Source of the DNA: Haliotis cracherodii
Taxonomy: Eukaryota
DNA: 64,000 nucleotides
Direction of reading: 5' to 3'
Assembly (NCBI RefSeq): GCF_022045235.1
Contig: NW_027266275.1
Location: 25,606,001 to 25,670,000, forward strand
Part shown: positions 13,290-25,679 of the stretch, one piece after another
How the letters are laid out: the number at the start of each line of letters is the position of its first letter
Position numbering within the stretch: the first letter of the stretch is position 1
Translations under genes and position numbers: made by a program
The notes under the pieces: generated by a model
What the model saw: only the letters and a program-made list of their open reading frames with translations
The model's database searches: none
What the model was told of the DNA's origin: nothing

Positions 13290-14326
13290 CTTGATATGAT
13301 GATGCAGGTATGTTATTCTATAATTCAAGTTTATGTCCACATTGATGAAGCCACAGTATGCTATGTAGTTCCAGAGAAGCTCTTTATCTGTCGTTACACC
13401 GAAAACAAATTTCAACATAAGATCAATAAACTATATATGGCGCTGTTGTTAAATTGTCGATGCTGATGTCTCTGTGACGTTGCGTACATATATTCATGAG
13501 TAATGTTAAATCAATAAAATAGGCTTTGTCGGCTTGGGATTTTAGAAAAGAGAACTAAATGTACGTGGAGGATGGAATGATTTGTGATCAGATACATTCA
13601 AGCATTTGATCATGTAGACCAATCAAAACCTTGAAAACTACTTGCGTGTTTGACGACAGCTGTTCTGTGTTAATGTCTTCTGTCATAAGCTATATTCATA
13701 ATATACAAATATAAAGTTATAATTAAGTTTAAGTCGATACCTGAAAACTACCCCACGCCAGTAAATGCGCTATCATGGATTTCCTGGTCCATCACTTGAT
13801 TGTCTGGTTTCTTTTACAGGCGGCCGTCGCAAGGCAGGAGTATTGCTGTGCAGCGTCAGCCAACAAGCAAACACTTTTTGTAAGTGTGCTCTAGGTAAGA
13901 CAGGACATGCTTACCATTCTCGCGAACACCTGGTGTCATCGCTGATTTTCAGTGATCCATTCATATACTTTCCACCGCTATTCTGCTTTTAACGCAAAAT
14001 GGAAATTCAATTATTTATCTGTGGATAATCAAGACTGGTTATTTTCTGGCGGAGACGTTTTATATTGAAGTATTTCCCCATCGGTAGGGGAGCACGTTTG
14101 GCCCAGTCGACGTGGAGCCGCAAATCCTTTGTGCCGTTTTATCATTTAGGCACCCCAAGACCAGAATCCCAGATTTGCCCTGGTTATTATTGGTGATTTG
14201 TCAGCACCATACCGGTGAGTGTCACCTACATGGAAATGTGAGGCCTGCATCACTTCAGGACTCACGCCAACCACACACATACACATTTGTCTGACATGCG
14301 GTGACATAACTGTTCAAAGTAGATTT

Positions 14327-14646
14327 TACCGCCTCCGTGGTCTAGTGGTAGAGCGTTCGCCTGGAGAGCGAAAGGTCCGGGGTTCGATCCCAAGCCGCGT
14401 CATGCAAAAAGACGTTAAGACGTTATGGTTCATAAGTACTTGTTGTTACCCTGTCTACCGCTCGGCATTGAAAGGCTAAAACAAAGACTGGTCGGCTCGG
14501 AGTCAGTATATTGTGTCTGAGTAGGGTATTCATGTTACACTGCGGCATGGTATCTCAGTGTTATAGCACAATAAATCGGCATCAGTCCGGACTAGCGCAA
14601 TACTCTTGGACGCGACGTTGAACCCCATTTTCACCTCACCTCACCT
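14327..14646 (+). mobile_element. SINE family A copy
   Basis: Same head, core and (CACCT)n tail as 1200-1560. TSD CAAAGTAGATTT at 14315-14326 and 14647-14658. Confidence 0.9.
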
Positions 14647-15093
14647 CAAAGTAGATTTAAAACCAAACTCGTTCATCAGTACAAGGAAAGGAAAGATGCT
14701 GTCGTTTATCAAGTGCTCTTACCGGATCCCGTTAGTCGCCTTTAACGACAAGCATAGTCGCCTTTCACGGCAAGTGTGGGTTTCTGAAGATCTATTCTAC
14801 CCCGGATCTTCGCAGATGGAATGCATACCACGTGATTGATGTGCCAAATATGGAAGTGGTACCACAGCATATTAGACTTTCACTAATAATCGAAATTGCT
14901 GATAAATGCACACGAACGTGGTTAAAGGTAACTGAAGCATTCCTAAAATGACTTAACTCTGCATTCTTCTTTTTTTACTGTAGTCTTAATTAAGAGAGAT
15001 CTGCAAAAATGGCTTCCTGTAACCTTCATTCGTGCGTTATTATACCCAGTTATTTTGATAATTCATTTTGATAATTTATTTTGATAATTCATA

Positions 15094-15355
15094 GATCCGT
15101 GAAGATTCCGAGTTAGAATAGGTGTTCAGCAACCCATACTTGCCGTAAAAGGTGACTATGCTTGTCGTAAAAGGCGACTAACGGGATCGGGTGGTCAGGC
15201 TCGCTGACTTGGTTGATACATGTCATCGATCCCAATTACGTGGATCGATGCTCATGATGTCAATCACTGGATTGTCTGGTCCAGACTCGATTATTTACAG
15301 ACCACCGTCATGTAGCTGGAATATTGCTGAGTGCGGCGTTAAACAACAAACAGAC
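15094..15355 (+). mobile_element. SINE family B (Nin/Deu-domain-like)
   Basis: GATCCGTGAAGAT start, GTCGTAA(A/G)AGGCGACTAA core, GCTGGAATATTGCTGAGTGCGGCGTTAAAC(AAAC)n tail. Confidence 0.85.
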
Positions 15356-16260
15356 ATGAGTGTTATCATTTTGATAAGTATACAAAGTAGACCGATTCCT
15401 CTTCAGTAGCAGTCAGGGCCGTATCTGTAAGTGTGTAGACACATTCAGTGTCAGTAATGTTAAGACATTCAGTGTCACTAGTATTAGCAAATGTCTCGTC
15501 ATTGTTTACATTTTCATCATAATTAATGTCAGCTCCTCTAAAGTCAGTGTTACGGCATTCAGTTTCATAATCATTAAAATGCATAAATATAGGGTCAATA
15601 TTCAAATATATCAGATAGATACGCAATAAATCGGAAAGAACAATGAAGAGCGAACGTGGTTTATTTCACGATAAAACAGTGTTCTATCATGACGTCATTT
15701 CTGGAGATTCGAACTTGATGACGTCATAAATTGGACGACGATACTTTTTATAGAGAAGTGTCTTGTGAGTTGTTCCCATAGATGAAGCTGGGCAACGTAG
15801 ATAAACGCAATGCTCGAACGATAGCAAAAGTAAAGAGATATGACAATCGGTATTGGAAGAAAAGGAACAGATAATCGACGGGACAATTGTGAGAATATCC
15901 GGGAAATACCAAACTTTTTCAACCTGTTCATAAAATCTCCTTGTCCGACATTGCATTGGTCAGATTGTATTCAGGGAGACATCATTATTTAAATACGGGT
16001 AAATTCTTTTAAAGCATGTACATTTATTTTAACATCCTTAAGAGGCTGTACATATGTTGATATCTCATATTAGATATAAACGACTCGTTGTCGTTGTTAA
16101 TCGTACAATAAAACAAAAAAGGGAGAATAAACCACGAGGGGCTGCGTTTCTTTATTAACTCAGGCACCGTGCAGCTGATGTTCACTGTGGGGTCAATATT
16201 CACACGGAAGACAGAACTCTCGCTGGTTTGACCTACTGTTATTTGACTCATTGACTCATT

Positions 16261-16964
16261 TTTATTCCACGCCCAACAAAGTAGGCGGGGGATATAGAAA
16301 CGGGCTCCGTCCGTCCGTCCGTCCGCACGTCCCTCCGTCACGTTTCGTTGCCGGAGCATAACTCAGAAACCGTTCAATATTTTTTCATCAAACTTTGCAG
16401 GTCTGTCAAGTACATGCTGAACTTGTGCCTATTGCTATTTAGAACTTTAAAAAAATATATATATTTTACGTTTCCATGGCAACAAGATGGACTTAGGTTC
16501 TGTGAGGGTAGGGTTCGTTTCCGGAGCATAACTCAGAAACCGTTCAATATTTTTTCATCAAACTTTGCAGGTCTGTCAAGTACATGCTGAACTTGTGCCT
16601 TTTGCTATTCAGAAATTTTTGAAAAATTTTTTTTTACGTTTCCATGGCAACAAGATGGACTTATGTTCTGGGAGGGTAGTGTTCGTTTCCGGAGCATAAC
16701 TCATAAACCGTTCAATATTTTTTCATGACACTTTTCAGGTTTGTCAGGTACATGCGGAACTGGTGCCTTTTGCTATTTAGAATTTTTATTTTTTTACGTT
16801 TCCATGGCAACAAGATGGACTTAGGTTCCAAACTCTTCATTTTTCACAATTTCCATGGCAAGTTCCACCTCAGTTAAAAAAGGTTAGGGTTTGTTTAGAC
16901 TTGATTATGTCATAAATTCTGCAACAGGGGCGGGGGATATAGCCACGATAGTGGCAAACTCTTG
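16261..16964 (+). mobile_element. Non-autonomous Helentron-type (HINE/DINE-1-like) element with internal tandem repeats
   Basis: Subterminal IR TATTCCACGCC/GGCGGGGGATA, (CCGT)n microsatellite, three ~168-170-bp units (CCGGAGCATA at 16351, 16521, 16689), 3' GGCGGGGGATA plus hairpin GCCAC-GATA-GTGGC. Confidence 0.85.
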
Positions 16965-17339
16965 TTAACTTTCGGTCGTACATGTGTTGCACCGGTCTTT
17001 TAACAATCGTAACATTTAAAATATTGACGTTCGCCTTCCTGTGCACAATACGCTATTACGATGAACTATCGTCTTTCAATTTCATCGCCAGATCAATATA
17101 CCATTACGGACGTGTAAAATGTCTCATTTATTCAGTCCTCAGTGAGCGAAGTTTGTTGAGTAGTGGTTGGCGTTAGAATGCTCCAAGCCGTCGTGGTAGG
17201 ATGACACGCAATTAACCAAGAGAAGTAACCTAAAAATTTAATTCAAATTATATTTTTAAAAATAAAACTATGCAGAAGCATTCTTTGAGTTCTGACTAAG
17301 CGCCAGTACAGTTAATTGTTTTCATATAATATCGCTAAC

Positions 17340-17800
17340 TTATTGACATATGAACTTGATATGTGGTAGGGAAGAACATATTCCCTGATATGTGGTAGGG
17401 AAAAACATTTTACCTGATATGTGGTAGGAAATAACATATTCCCTGATATGTGGTAGAGAGAAAAAGTGTTACTGATACGTCGGAGGAAGACACATATTAC
17501 CTGATATGTGGTACTAAACAACGTATTCAATTAAATGTGGTCGAAAGAAACAAACAAGTATTCCCTGATATTTGGTGGGGAATAACATATTCCCTGATAT
17601 GTGGTAGGGAATAACTTATTCCCTGATATGTGATAGGGAATAACTTATTCCCTGATATGTGGTAGGGAATAACTTATTCCCTGATATGTGGTAGGGAATA
17701 ACATATTCCCAGATATGTGGTCGGAACAAACAAACAAGTATTCCCTGATATCTGGTAGGGAATAACATATTCAATTGTATGTGGTAGGGAGAAGGGTAGG
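17340..17800. repeat. 29-bp minisatellite (CCCTGATATGTGGTAGGGAATAACATATT)
   Basis: Direct tandem repeats visible. Confidence 0.9.
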
Positions 17801-18360
17801 GATATCACCTTCGGTACAAACAACAAACCTTTGAATCACAAAGCACAAAACTCTTTCGTGTTTCATCATTTGTATTTCACATTACTGAACAAAGTTCTTG
17901 TTGCCAGAGAGAATACAATGTAAATGCTCTGAAAATAAATGACACAACCCTTTCCATATTGACAAGAAACCTCTGCCGACAGCAGAGTCAATTGTCAACC
18001 ACGCCAACATTGGCTGGTCACAACGCTGGATCACACAACACCAGGATCCGTGAAAACGAATGTTTCCATGTGGTCTTCCTTTCCTCGAACATGTATTAAA
18101 AATGAACAAAACAACATTATTACAGCTGTCGCTCCACATGTATATGCGTACACTGAAAGGAAGGAATATGAAGATGTGACTTACATTCGTTTCTCACATC
18201 CTTGTTACAAAATCTCACACTCTTGTTACAAAACATGTACTTGACCTAATTGGATGTATTTTGTGCTTTTAAACTGACTGAGATTCTCTGTTTCGACAGT
18301 CTACTTAGCAAACGTCATTGTCTTCTATCCGCTATTTTTATTAAGACACAAATTCAATAC

Positions 18361-18739
18361 GACCGCCTCTGTGGTCTAGTAGTCGAGCCTTTGCCCGGAG
18401 AGCGGAAAGTCGGGGTTTCGATGCCCGGCCGTGTTAAAACAAAAGAGGTTAAAAGATGGCATTTGTTGTTACCCTGCCCGGGGCTCGGCAGTAAGCGGCG
18501 AAAACAAGACATGGTCGACTCGGTGTCTGTATATTGTGTCTGAGTGGAGTATTCACGTTAGCTTTGCGGCATTGTGTCTCTTTGGGCTAGCACTATAAAA
18601 CTGGTATTCGTCCGGACTAGCACAAGCAGCCACAAACATTCACACACACACGTGCATGCACGTCGCTATATAAGTGCAATAATCTTCAACTCGACGAAAT
18701 ACCACATTCCACCTCACCTCACCTCACCTCACCTCAACT
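18361..18739 (+). mobile_element. SINE family A copy overlapping the stop codon of GT31 paralog 2
   Basis: Head GACCGCCTC at 18361, (CACCT)n tail, imperfect TSD CACAAATTCAATAC / CACAAATTTAAAAC. Confidence 0.88.
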
Positions 18740-21700
18740 CACAAATTTAAAACGATATTTTTCCGTTATCTTTTTCCATATGTTATACTTGAGTTTATCT
18801 GTCACTCTATTGGCTGATATCTTGGATCCCTTTAGAAATTCTCCAAGGAAAGGAGCTCTTTCAAACCAATGTGTAAAGCCGTTTACATGATATTGCTTGC
18901 AATTACATGCAACACACATGATACCAGTGATAAACGCATCTTCTATGGGAGTGTATGGGAACAAACTGGCATTTTGAACAACGCATCTCCCCAGATCCAT
19001 TGACATCACATAAGTGTTTCCCGATGCATAACGAGGGTAAAGTGTGAAAGGATAGACATATACCGAAACAGCCCATTTACCAGTCCTGAGTACAGGAGGG
19101 GACAAGTATATATGCCCAAGTACGGAGTTTACAGGTCGCAGTTTCTTCAGCAACCTCACAAGAACATCAACATCCGTGAATGTGTCCTCATCCGCCTTCA
19201 AGACGTACTGTGTAGAAGGGTAATACTCTGAAACGTAATTTAATCCCATTAGCACTTTCAGCGTTAGATTTCGATAAGTATCAATAAAGTTTCCTTGTAA
19301 AATATCCCCATGGGCGACATTCTCTTCACTAAGAACAGCCTGTCCTACTTCAGACGGTGTCCGCCCCAAAAGAAAAATAAGCTTGGCATTCAAAATTATA
19401 TTACTTCCAGGCCACCTTTTTCCACGGAGGACACTGCCGTATGTCTGTCTGATTGCTGTCCTCTGATGTTTTGCAACCGATAAAACCATTATGATCAGGT
19501 ATGGACGTTCACTGTCAAGTCGTTCAGGCATTATATCATATGAAAATGAATATTTCGTCAATATCTTCTTTCTCTTAGTAACCAAATATGCCCAGTTGAT
19601 AAGAGGCGTGTACTCCCGTTTCACTGAATGGTAAGTGAACGGACGTATCCTTCTGTTCATGTGTCCTCCTCTAACAAATTTAACGGCCTGTGCTGCAGAA
19701 AGTGGTTTACTTCCGTTTTCCGCCTGTGTCCACTGTCTTCTCGGGTTATGGTCGCGAGATCTTTGTCGTCCCAAATTGTCAGGGTAAATGCTTCTATTTG
19801 TGGACGCCATGTACCCCTGCATTGCATTTTCCCAATTCGTATTGGATGAATGAACCATTTTATGTTTTGTAGAGTTTTTTTCTCTTAATAAACTTTCGGG
19901 AGATAGTACATGCAGGTAGCCAACAATTACCATAGTTACAACTATGGCATGGTACCTCCACCTTTTAAGTCTTCTCCTGAATCTGGAAAAAAGAAAACAT
20001 GGTATTAAACGTATCGTGCTTTTTATGTTTATCAATTTCTGAAAATGTGTCTCTTAAAAGAGCCATTTTTCCTTACTTTCAAAAAGGAAATATAAGAGCA
20101 GCATTTCCGTTGGATCACATGTTGTTCAATAGTTTTGTTTTGTTTGTTTGTTGTTTAACGCCGCACTCAGCACTATTCCAGCTATATGACGTCTGTCTGT
20201 TAATAATCCAGTCTGGACCAGACAATCCAGTGATTAACATCATGAGCATCGATCCACGCACTTGGGATACGACGAAATGCATCAACGAAATCAGCTAGCC
20301 TGACCACCCGATCCCGCTAGTCGCCTCAAAACTTAGTTGATGGGCAAAAAATACAGGAAATGTTACAAGATCGAAATTTATCAAACATGTTAATGTAGCT
20401 CTAATTATTTATTGTTGTTGTTGTTGTTGTTGTTAAATTTAAACGCCGCACACAGATATATTCCAGCTACATGATGGCAGTCTGTAAATAATAGAGTCTG
20501 GACCAGACAATCCAGTGATTGACATCATGAGCATCGATTGGGATACGATGAAATGCATCAACCAAATCAGCGAGCCTGATCACCCGATCCCGTTAGTCGC
20601 CTCTTACGACAAGTATAGTCGCCTTCTGGGCAAACACGAGTCCATAACACTAATGATAATATCAGGAGGGATGTAACAGTTATCCTGTCCATAGATTCCT
20701 CAAGTCCCCCACATACAATAGATTCAGGAAATAAATGGGACTAATATCATGGATATCAGCTTCTTGGCATGGTACGAATCAATCTGAGGTGGCCTCTCAG
20801 CGCCTTGCCAAGATCGGCTAACGTAGCGAGTAACATTTGTACCCGATATAATTACAGACCCACCCAAAATCTGTCATGTTGCCTTTATGTTCGATGCCTC
20901 TTGACTGATCTGAAAACATTACACGAGATCTAGATTCCCCTAGTTTCAACGCTCTAAACACCATTGGCGCCTGGATAAAATGTGTCGATTCGTAACGCTG
21001 GTACAACACGTGGTCGCCGAGCATGAGGACGATTGTTAGTGTGATTGTTTTGGGGCGGAATTTGTGGTCAGGAGATGACCAAACTAGCCATTATTAACAA
21101 AAACCTGAATTCTCAGCGGTACAATGATTAAGTACTTTCTTCGTCCTGCCTTTCATACGGCACAGACATCTAATCTGAAGACATTTATCAACATGGAAAT
21201 GGGTGAGTCGTATATAAAACATGTAATATGAGTGTATAAGGTTTAATCATATGGTTGGGAAGTATGTAGCAACTCATTGTTCATACAAACGTGTTAAACA
21301 TGACAAAGTATGCTGTGAATAAATCTGGTATGACGCTCATCTTTGTTTTTGTTTTGTTTGGGAGTCCCCAGGTCGCCCCTTAAGAATTCAGGAGTGGGCT
21401 CTCCAATACCCACATAACCTAACTTGATAAACCCAGTTCAGTAATAAGTTCAGATCACCTGATTAATTGTACCTCTCACATTGGTAATAGTTAGGTGTAG
21501 TGGGTGGAGGCCATTTGAACAAATAGCAATATTTCAAGTTTTCGGTAACATTAACATTTCTTTCAGAAGATACATGTATATCCTTGACTTTCGATATGCA
21601 AAATTATGCTTGTGTGTATATATCCTATAGAGATCAGTATTGGACAATGAAATGACGACAATAAAAGACAACTTTTTCAATCTTTAAAGGACATTTAATT

Positions 21701-22180
21701 TAGAAACGGACAATTAATTATGTTCATCCTGGACTCCCTTTCACAAATTGTTTGGGAGGAGTATGCTCTTACTCCGCATCCGTTCATTCCTCAGATATCC
21801 ACCAACACACCTCGGCGCCACGATATATATTACCAAGCTTACGAGGGGCGGTCGGGTACCCTAGTGGTTAAAGCGTTCGCTCGTCACCCCGAAGACCCGG
21901 GTTCCATTCCGACATGGGTACAATGTGTGAAGCCCATTTCTGGTATCCCCCGCCGTGATAGTGCTGGAATATTGCTAGAAGCGGCGTAAAACCATACACA
22001 CTCACTCACTCACTCACTCACCAAGCTTAAGTACTCCCAACAATATCCGAGTCTGTTTAGAAGAAAGATATCAGATAATGATAGTTAATTCTGAGACTAC
22101 CACATAAAAAACGGACATTGATATAACATTACCTACCAGCAAGAAATTGTGAGAGTGATGTCATCTTACCTGTTAAACAT
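18734..22180 (-). CDS. Beta-1,3-galactosyltransferase-like (GT31) paralog 2; coding exons 22170-22180 and 18734-19982, ~419 aa
   Basis: ATG TTT AAC AG|gtaag ... tttccag|A TTC gives MFNRFRRRLKRWRYH + TM. Full GT31 motif set (KADED, GKW, YPRYASG, IEDAFITG). Confidence 0.92.
20133..20635 (-). mobile_element. Two partial SINE family B copies (20133-20327 and ~20412-20635) in the paralog 2 intron
   Basis: Reverse-complement core TCTGGACCAGACAATCCAGTGATT and CACCCGATCCCG(C/T)TAGTCGCCTC in both. Confidence 0.85.
21845..22019 (+). mobile_element. Short tRNA-derived SINE family C
   Basis: GGGGCGGTCGGG head, CTAGTGGTTAA A box, GGTTCCATTCC B box, (CACT)n tail, TSD ACCAAGCTTA. Confidence 0.9.
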
Positions 22181-23559
22181 CTTGAAATATTTATGCAGAT
22201 ACGTTATTCTATAATTCAAGTTGATGTTCTCCTTGACGTTGCCATGGCACGATCTGTAGATCTAGAGAAGCTCTTTACCTGCAGGTTTCTATCTCTAACA
22301 CCTGTTACACCCTTTACAACAATCTACAATATAAGATCAATGAACGATAATAGGCACTGTTGTTAAGATGTTGATTTCTAATTTTCCGCTAACATTAGGT
22401 GAATATATTCTTGGGTAATGACAAAATCAATGAAAAATGTTTAGTCTGCATGGGACATTAGAACTGAGAAAAGGACGAGGAGGGTGGAAAGAATTGTGTT
22501 CATCTGTCAATCATTTGATCTCGTGGACCAATCAAAACGCTGAATTTGTGAATGTCTTACACCATAATCAACATTCATTATGTGCAAATATATTGGTATA
22601 TTTATAACATATTGGTTTGTTTACAAGCCATCCGTTCATATTACTTTCACGCTATTTTAACGCTATTTTACCTTTCACGCCTGTTTCGGTGGATTAACGA
22701 GACTAGTTTTTCTCTGGTGTTGACGTTTTGTAGTCGTTCCATCAGTAGGGGAGCATGGTTGGCCCAGTCAACTTGGACACCGCAATTCTCTGTAAGGTTG
22801 CGCCTATTGGGTCCGCAAAGGCCCGAATCCCAAAATAGCTCTGATTATAGGAGATTTGTCAGCATCAAATCGGTGAGTGTCACCTACATGGAAGTGTGAG
22901 ATCTGTATCACTTCAGGACTCAGACAGGCAATGATATAAACATTAAATGTGGATTTCAAACCCAACTCGTTCATCCTTTAAACGAATGAGTTTTAATGTA
23001 TGGCTACGGAAGGTACAAGTTAAGGGGAAATGCTGACGTTTAGCAAGTGCAGGAACTTAGCAGTTTCACACACACAGAGGATCTATAAGTGTATATTCTA
23101 TACAAGCAGTCGCCAACGTCATCAGAACGCCATAGGAAGGGAACATGGCCCAGATTGAAGCATAACAGTGATGTATGTGTGTTCTTTAAATGGGTTGATG
23201 ACAACTATAGGTAGTGCATTGATCTTGATCAACTCTGTGCTAACAAGGACGTCTTGGTTAAGACTTTAAACAAAATGGTTATGAAAACAGGGCCTGTTCT
23301 CTCCTTGGTTCATCGTTGCAATTCTGATTATTATAGCAATATATGTTAAAGCCCCATCTGCGGTAGTAACTACCGCACTCTAGTGGGCGGAGCTTATACA
23401 AGTGATCTGACAGGTCAATATGACGTCATGATAACACATACATTTCATTGGTTAATGCGTAAACGGGTGACGGCATGTAAACACCCACCCACGTGGGTCG
23501 TTTGACAACAAGGACGTAAGTTTTAATGGTAATATAAATATCTACCAAACGATTCCAAG

Positions 23560-24900
23560 ACTTTTCAACAAACGCGTACGTCTATGGTTTCAAAACCTAC
23601 CTGCCATGTCGTCTTCACATCTTCATAAAATGATGCCGTAGAATGTCCACGATTTATCCAACACACAAATTATAGTTCTAGATCTCTGGACTAGAACGAA
23701 ATACGTTTGTCGTGATGCATATGAGCAGTGTAAATGAAGAAACATAATATGTGTTGGGGCACCAATCGCTATCCTGTTGTGTACGGTATATCTGCAGTTT
23801 ATAAATAGCATTTCTCACAATATATACAGTAATCGGTGATTTCAATGTTTTTCTTCGTTGTGTTCGTCTTGCCTCATCTGGAATCTGGACGACAACGATC
23901 GTGTAAAAAAACCTGGTAATGGTCAAAAATATTTTCAAGTGATCAAAGTAGTTTCTTGTCGTTTTTTCATTGCCCAGTAGCAATGTTAATGTATTTTGGC
24001 AAAGTCTCACTTGTCCGATGAAGCTCCTCATGCCGAAGTAACTCGATCCGTGAAACTTGGTGGGTCCCAGTGACCCAGATCCCTGTTGATTGGCATGCCA
24101 AGTGTCATTTGCATAAAGCCATCCATATTTTTTGTATGTGTTTCTCCCCTCAAGCCTCAACTAATCAGAGACCGGGCGGACGAAATAAAAAAATATGACT
24201 TAACAAACAATGTCTTTCAATAATTGTGTAAGTTATTTGATGACATTTTAAAAAAAGGTTCAACACTTGGTACTAGAATCTAGTCTATGAATTAATATAT
24301 GATGTAGATCGATTCGCTTTGCTTCGGAAACGAATTTTTGATAAACAACGGAACAAAGATAAAGTTGACCTGGTTCTTTTATGACGGTGCAATTGTAGAT
24401 CTAGTAGTATTTCTTTTATTAGATCGGTGCGCAATTTTTCACACCGGCAGCAAAATTGAGACACGAAGACATTATATTATTTCACGTCGGAATGGAGATA
24501 AAAATATTCAAATACGGACAGCCTCACAGACTTCGAAACGATGTTCAGATAAATATTTGTTCACATTAATTCTGTCATGTGCGTGAAAATGGGTTTCAAC
24601 ATTACTTTCATCAAGCTTACATTCAGGTCGCTGGCTACTTCGGCATTAACACATGTTTTGTCTCGAAGCTCAAAGCAACAATGTTTCTCTCAGATACATT
24701 TTTCTCTCCAACCATGACGAACATCTGTCATAATGTCAATGCCTCAACATTTCTGGGCAGCTGATTTCAACAATGTAATACACACGGCCTCATTGCAAAG
24801 ATTCCTTCCAAATACCCACCACGTGATCAGGGCTACGACCTTGGGATAAATTAATAAATTATTTTGCATTTTTAGAAAAGATTTGTTTTCGTGAATATTT
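23560..24900 (-). pseudogene. Kolobok-like DDE transposase remnant
   Basis: D (TDVRHGW), D (HDR), NDTWH and degraded ESF motifs in order, interrupted by stops and frameshifts. Part corresponds to ORF 23678..24160. Confidence 0.72.
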
Positions 24901-25081
24901 AAAAAATAAAATATCCTGTACATGGTACTTTTGGATTGCACTGGGCATTTATTTTATTACTTTCTAAAACTTTTTATTTTCGCCTTTCTGACCACGCGAT
25001 CTCCTAGCAACCACGCCCCATGAGCGCATCGAGTTGCTGCTTACAACTGTCAAGAACTTTGCAATTTCGCTTGTCTTCAAT

Positions 25082-25679
25082 ATGAGCGACAAAACATTTT
25101 CATGTGAAGCCTAATTTGACGAAGAATTGTTCGAGATAATCAGGGAGCCTTAGGTAATTTCGATTATGACATTGGTGACTTTATCGTGGAGAAAGTTCCA
25201 ATTCAAGATGACATCATTCCGATTCACAACTCGAATCGACAAGATGGCGCCTCTCTTCCCGCCCTTGCAAGTGCAACAGAAACTTTGATAAATTCAGTGC
25301 CGATTCTTGGGATTAGTGAATCAGTGTCACAGCTAGATTTCATTGTGGAACCAGATTAAGCCGAATATGTATGTTCACATTTCTTTTGTCAACCATGCGT
25401 GACACGGCACAGGCAATCGCAGTTAGGGAATGGTGCGGCCACCATGTTGCAGAAATTCGTCGATTCAAACACATTGCTTCTGGACTGAGCTAAATAAACG
25501 AAGTGTTTGGAGAGATCGTAGATACTTAGACTTGAAGAAACGGAAATAAACGTTGCAGCAGATGAAGGATCGGTGTGGACAAAACGGGAAAGGGATCCCA
25601 GATTATATTTTAAAACTTGTGCGCGAAGTGTATCCTAATACCCAGAACAAAAAATACATGGGACAAGTGTGGAGCTAAT
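25082..25679 (+). pseudogene. KolX / P2X7 C-terminal ballast-like ORF remnant
   Basis: Cys cluster CSHFFCQPC and terminal IPDYILKLVREVYPNTQNKKYMG pattern, frameshifted. Confidence 0.6.

Noticed and set aside
15620-16010. TGACGTCA (CRE) pair as a regulatory element
   Set aside because: It looks like part of a non-autonomous repeat (a similar style occurs at ~58290-58450 and 62730-63115), and there is no independent support for function or family.
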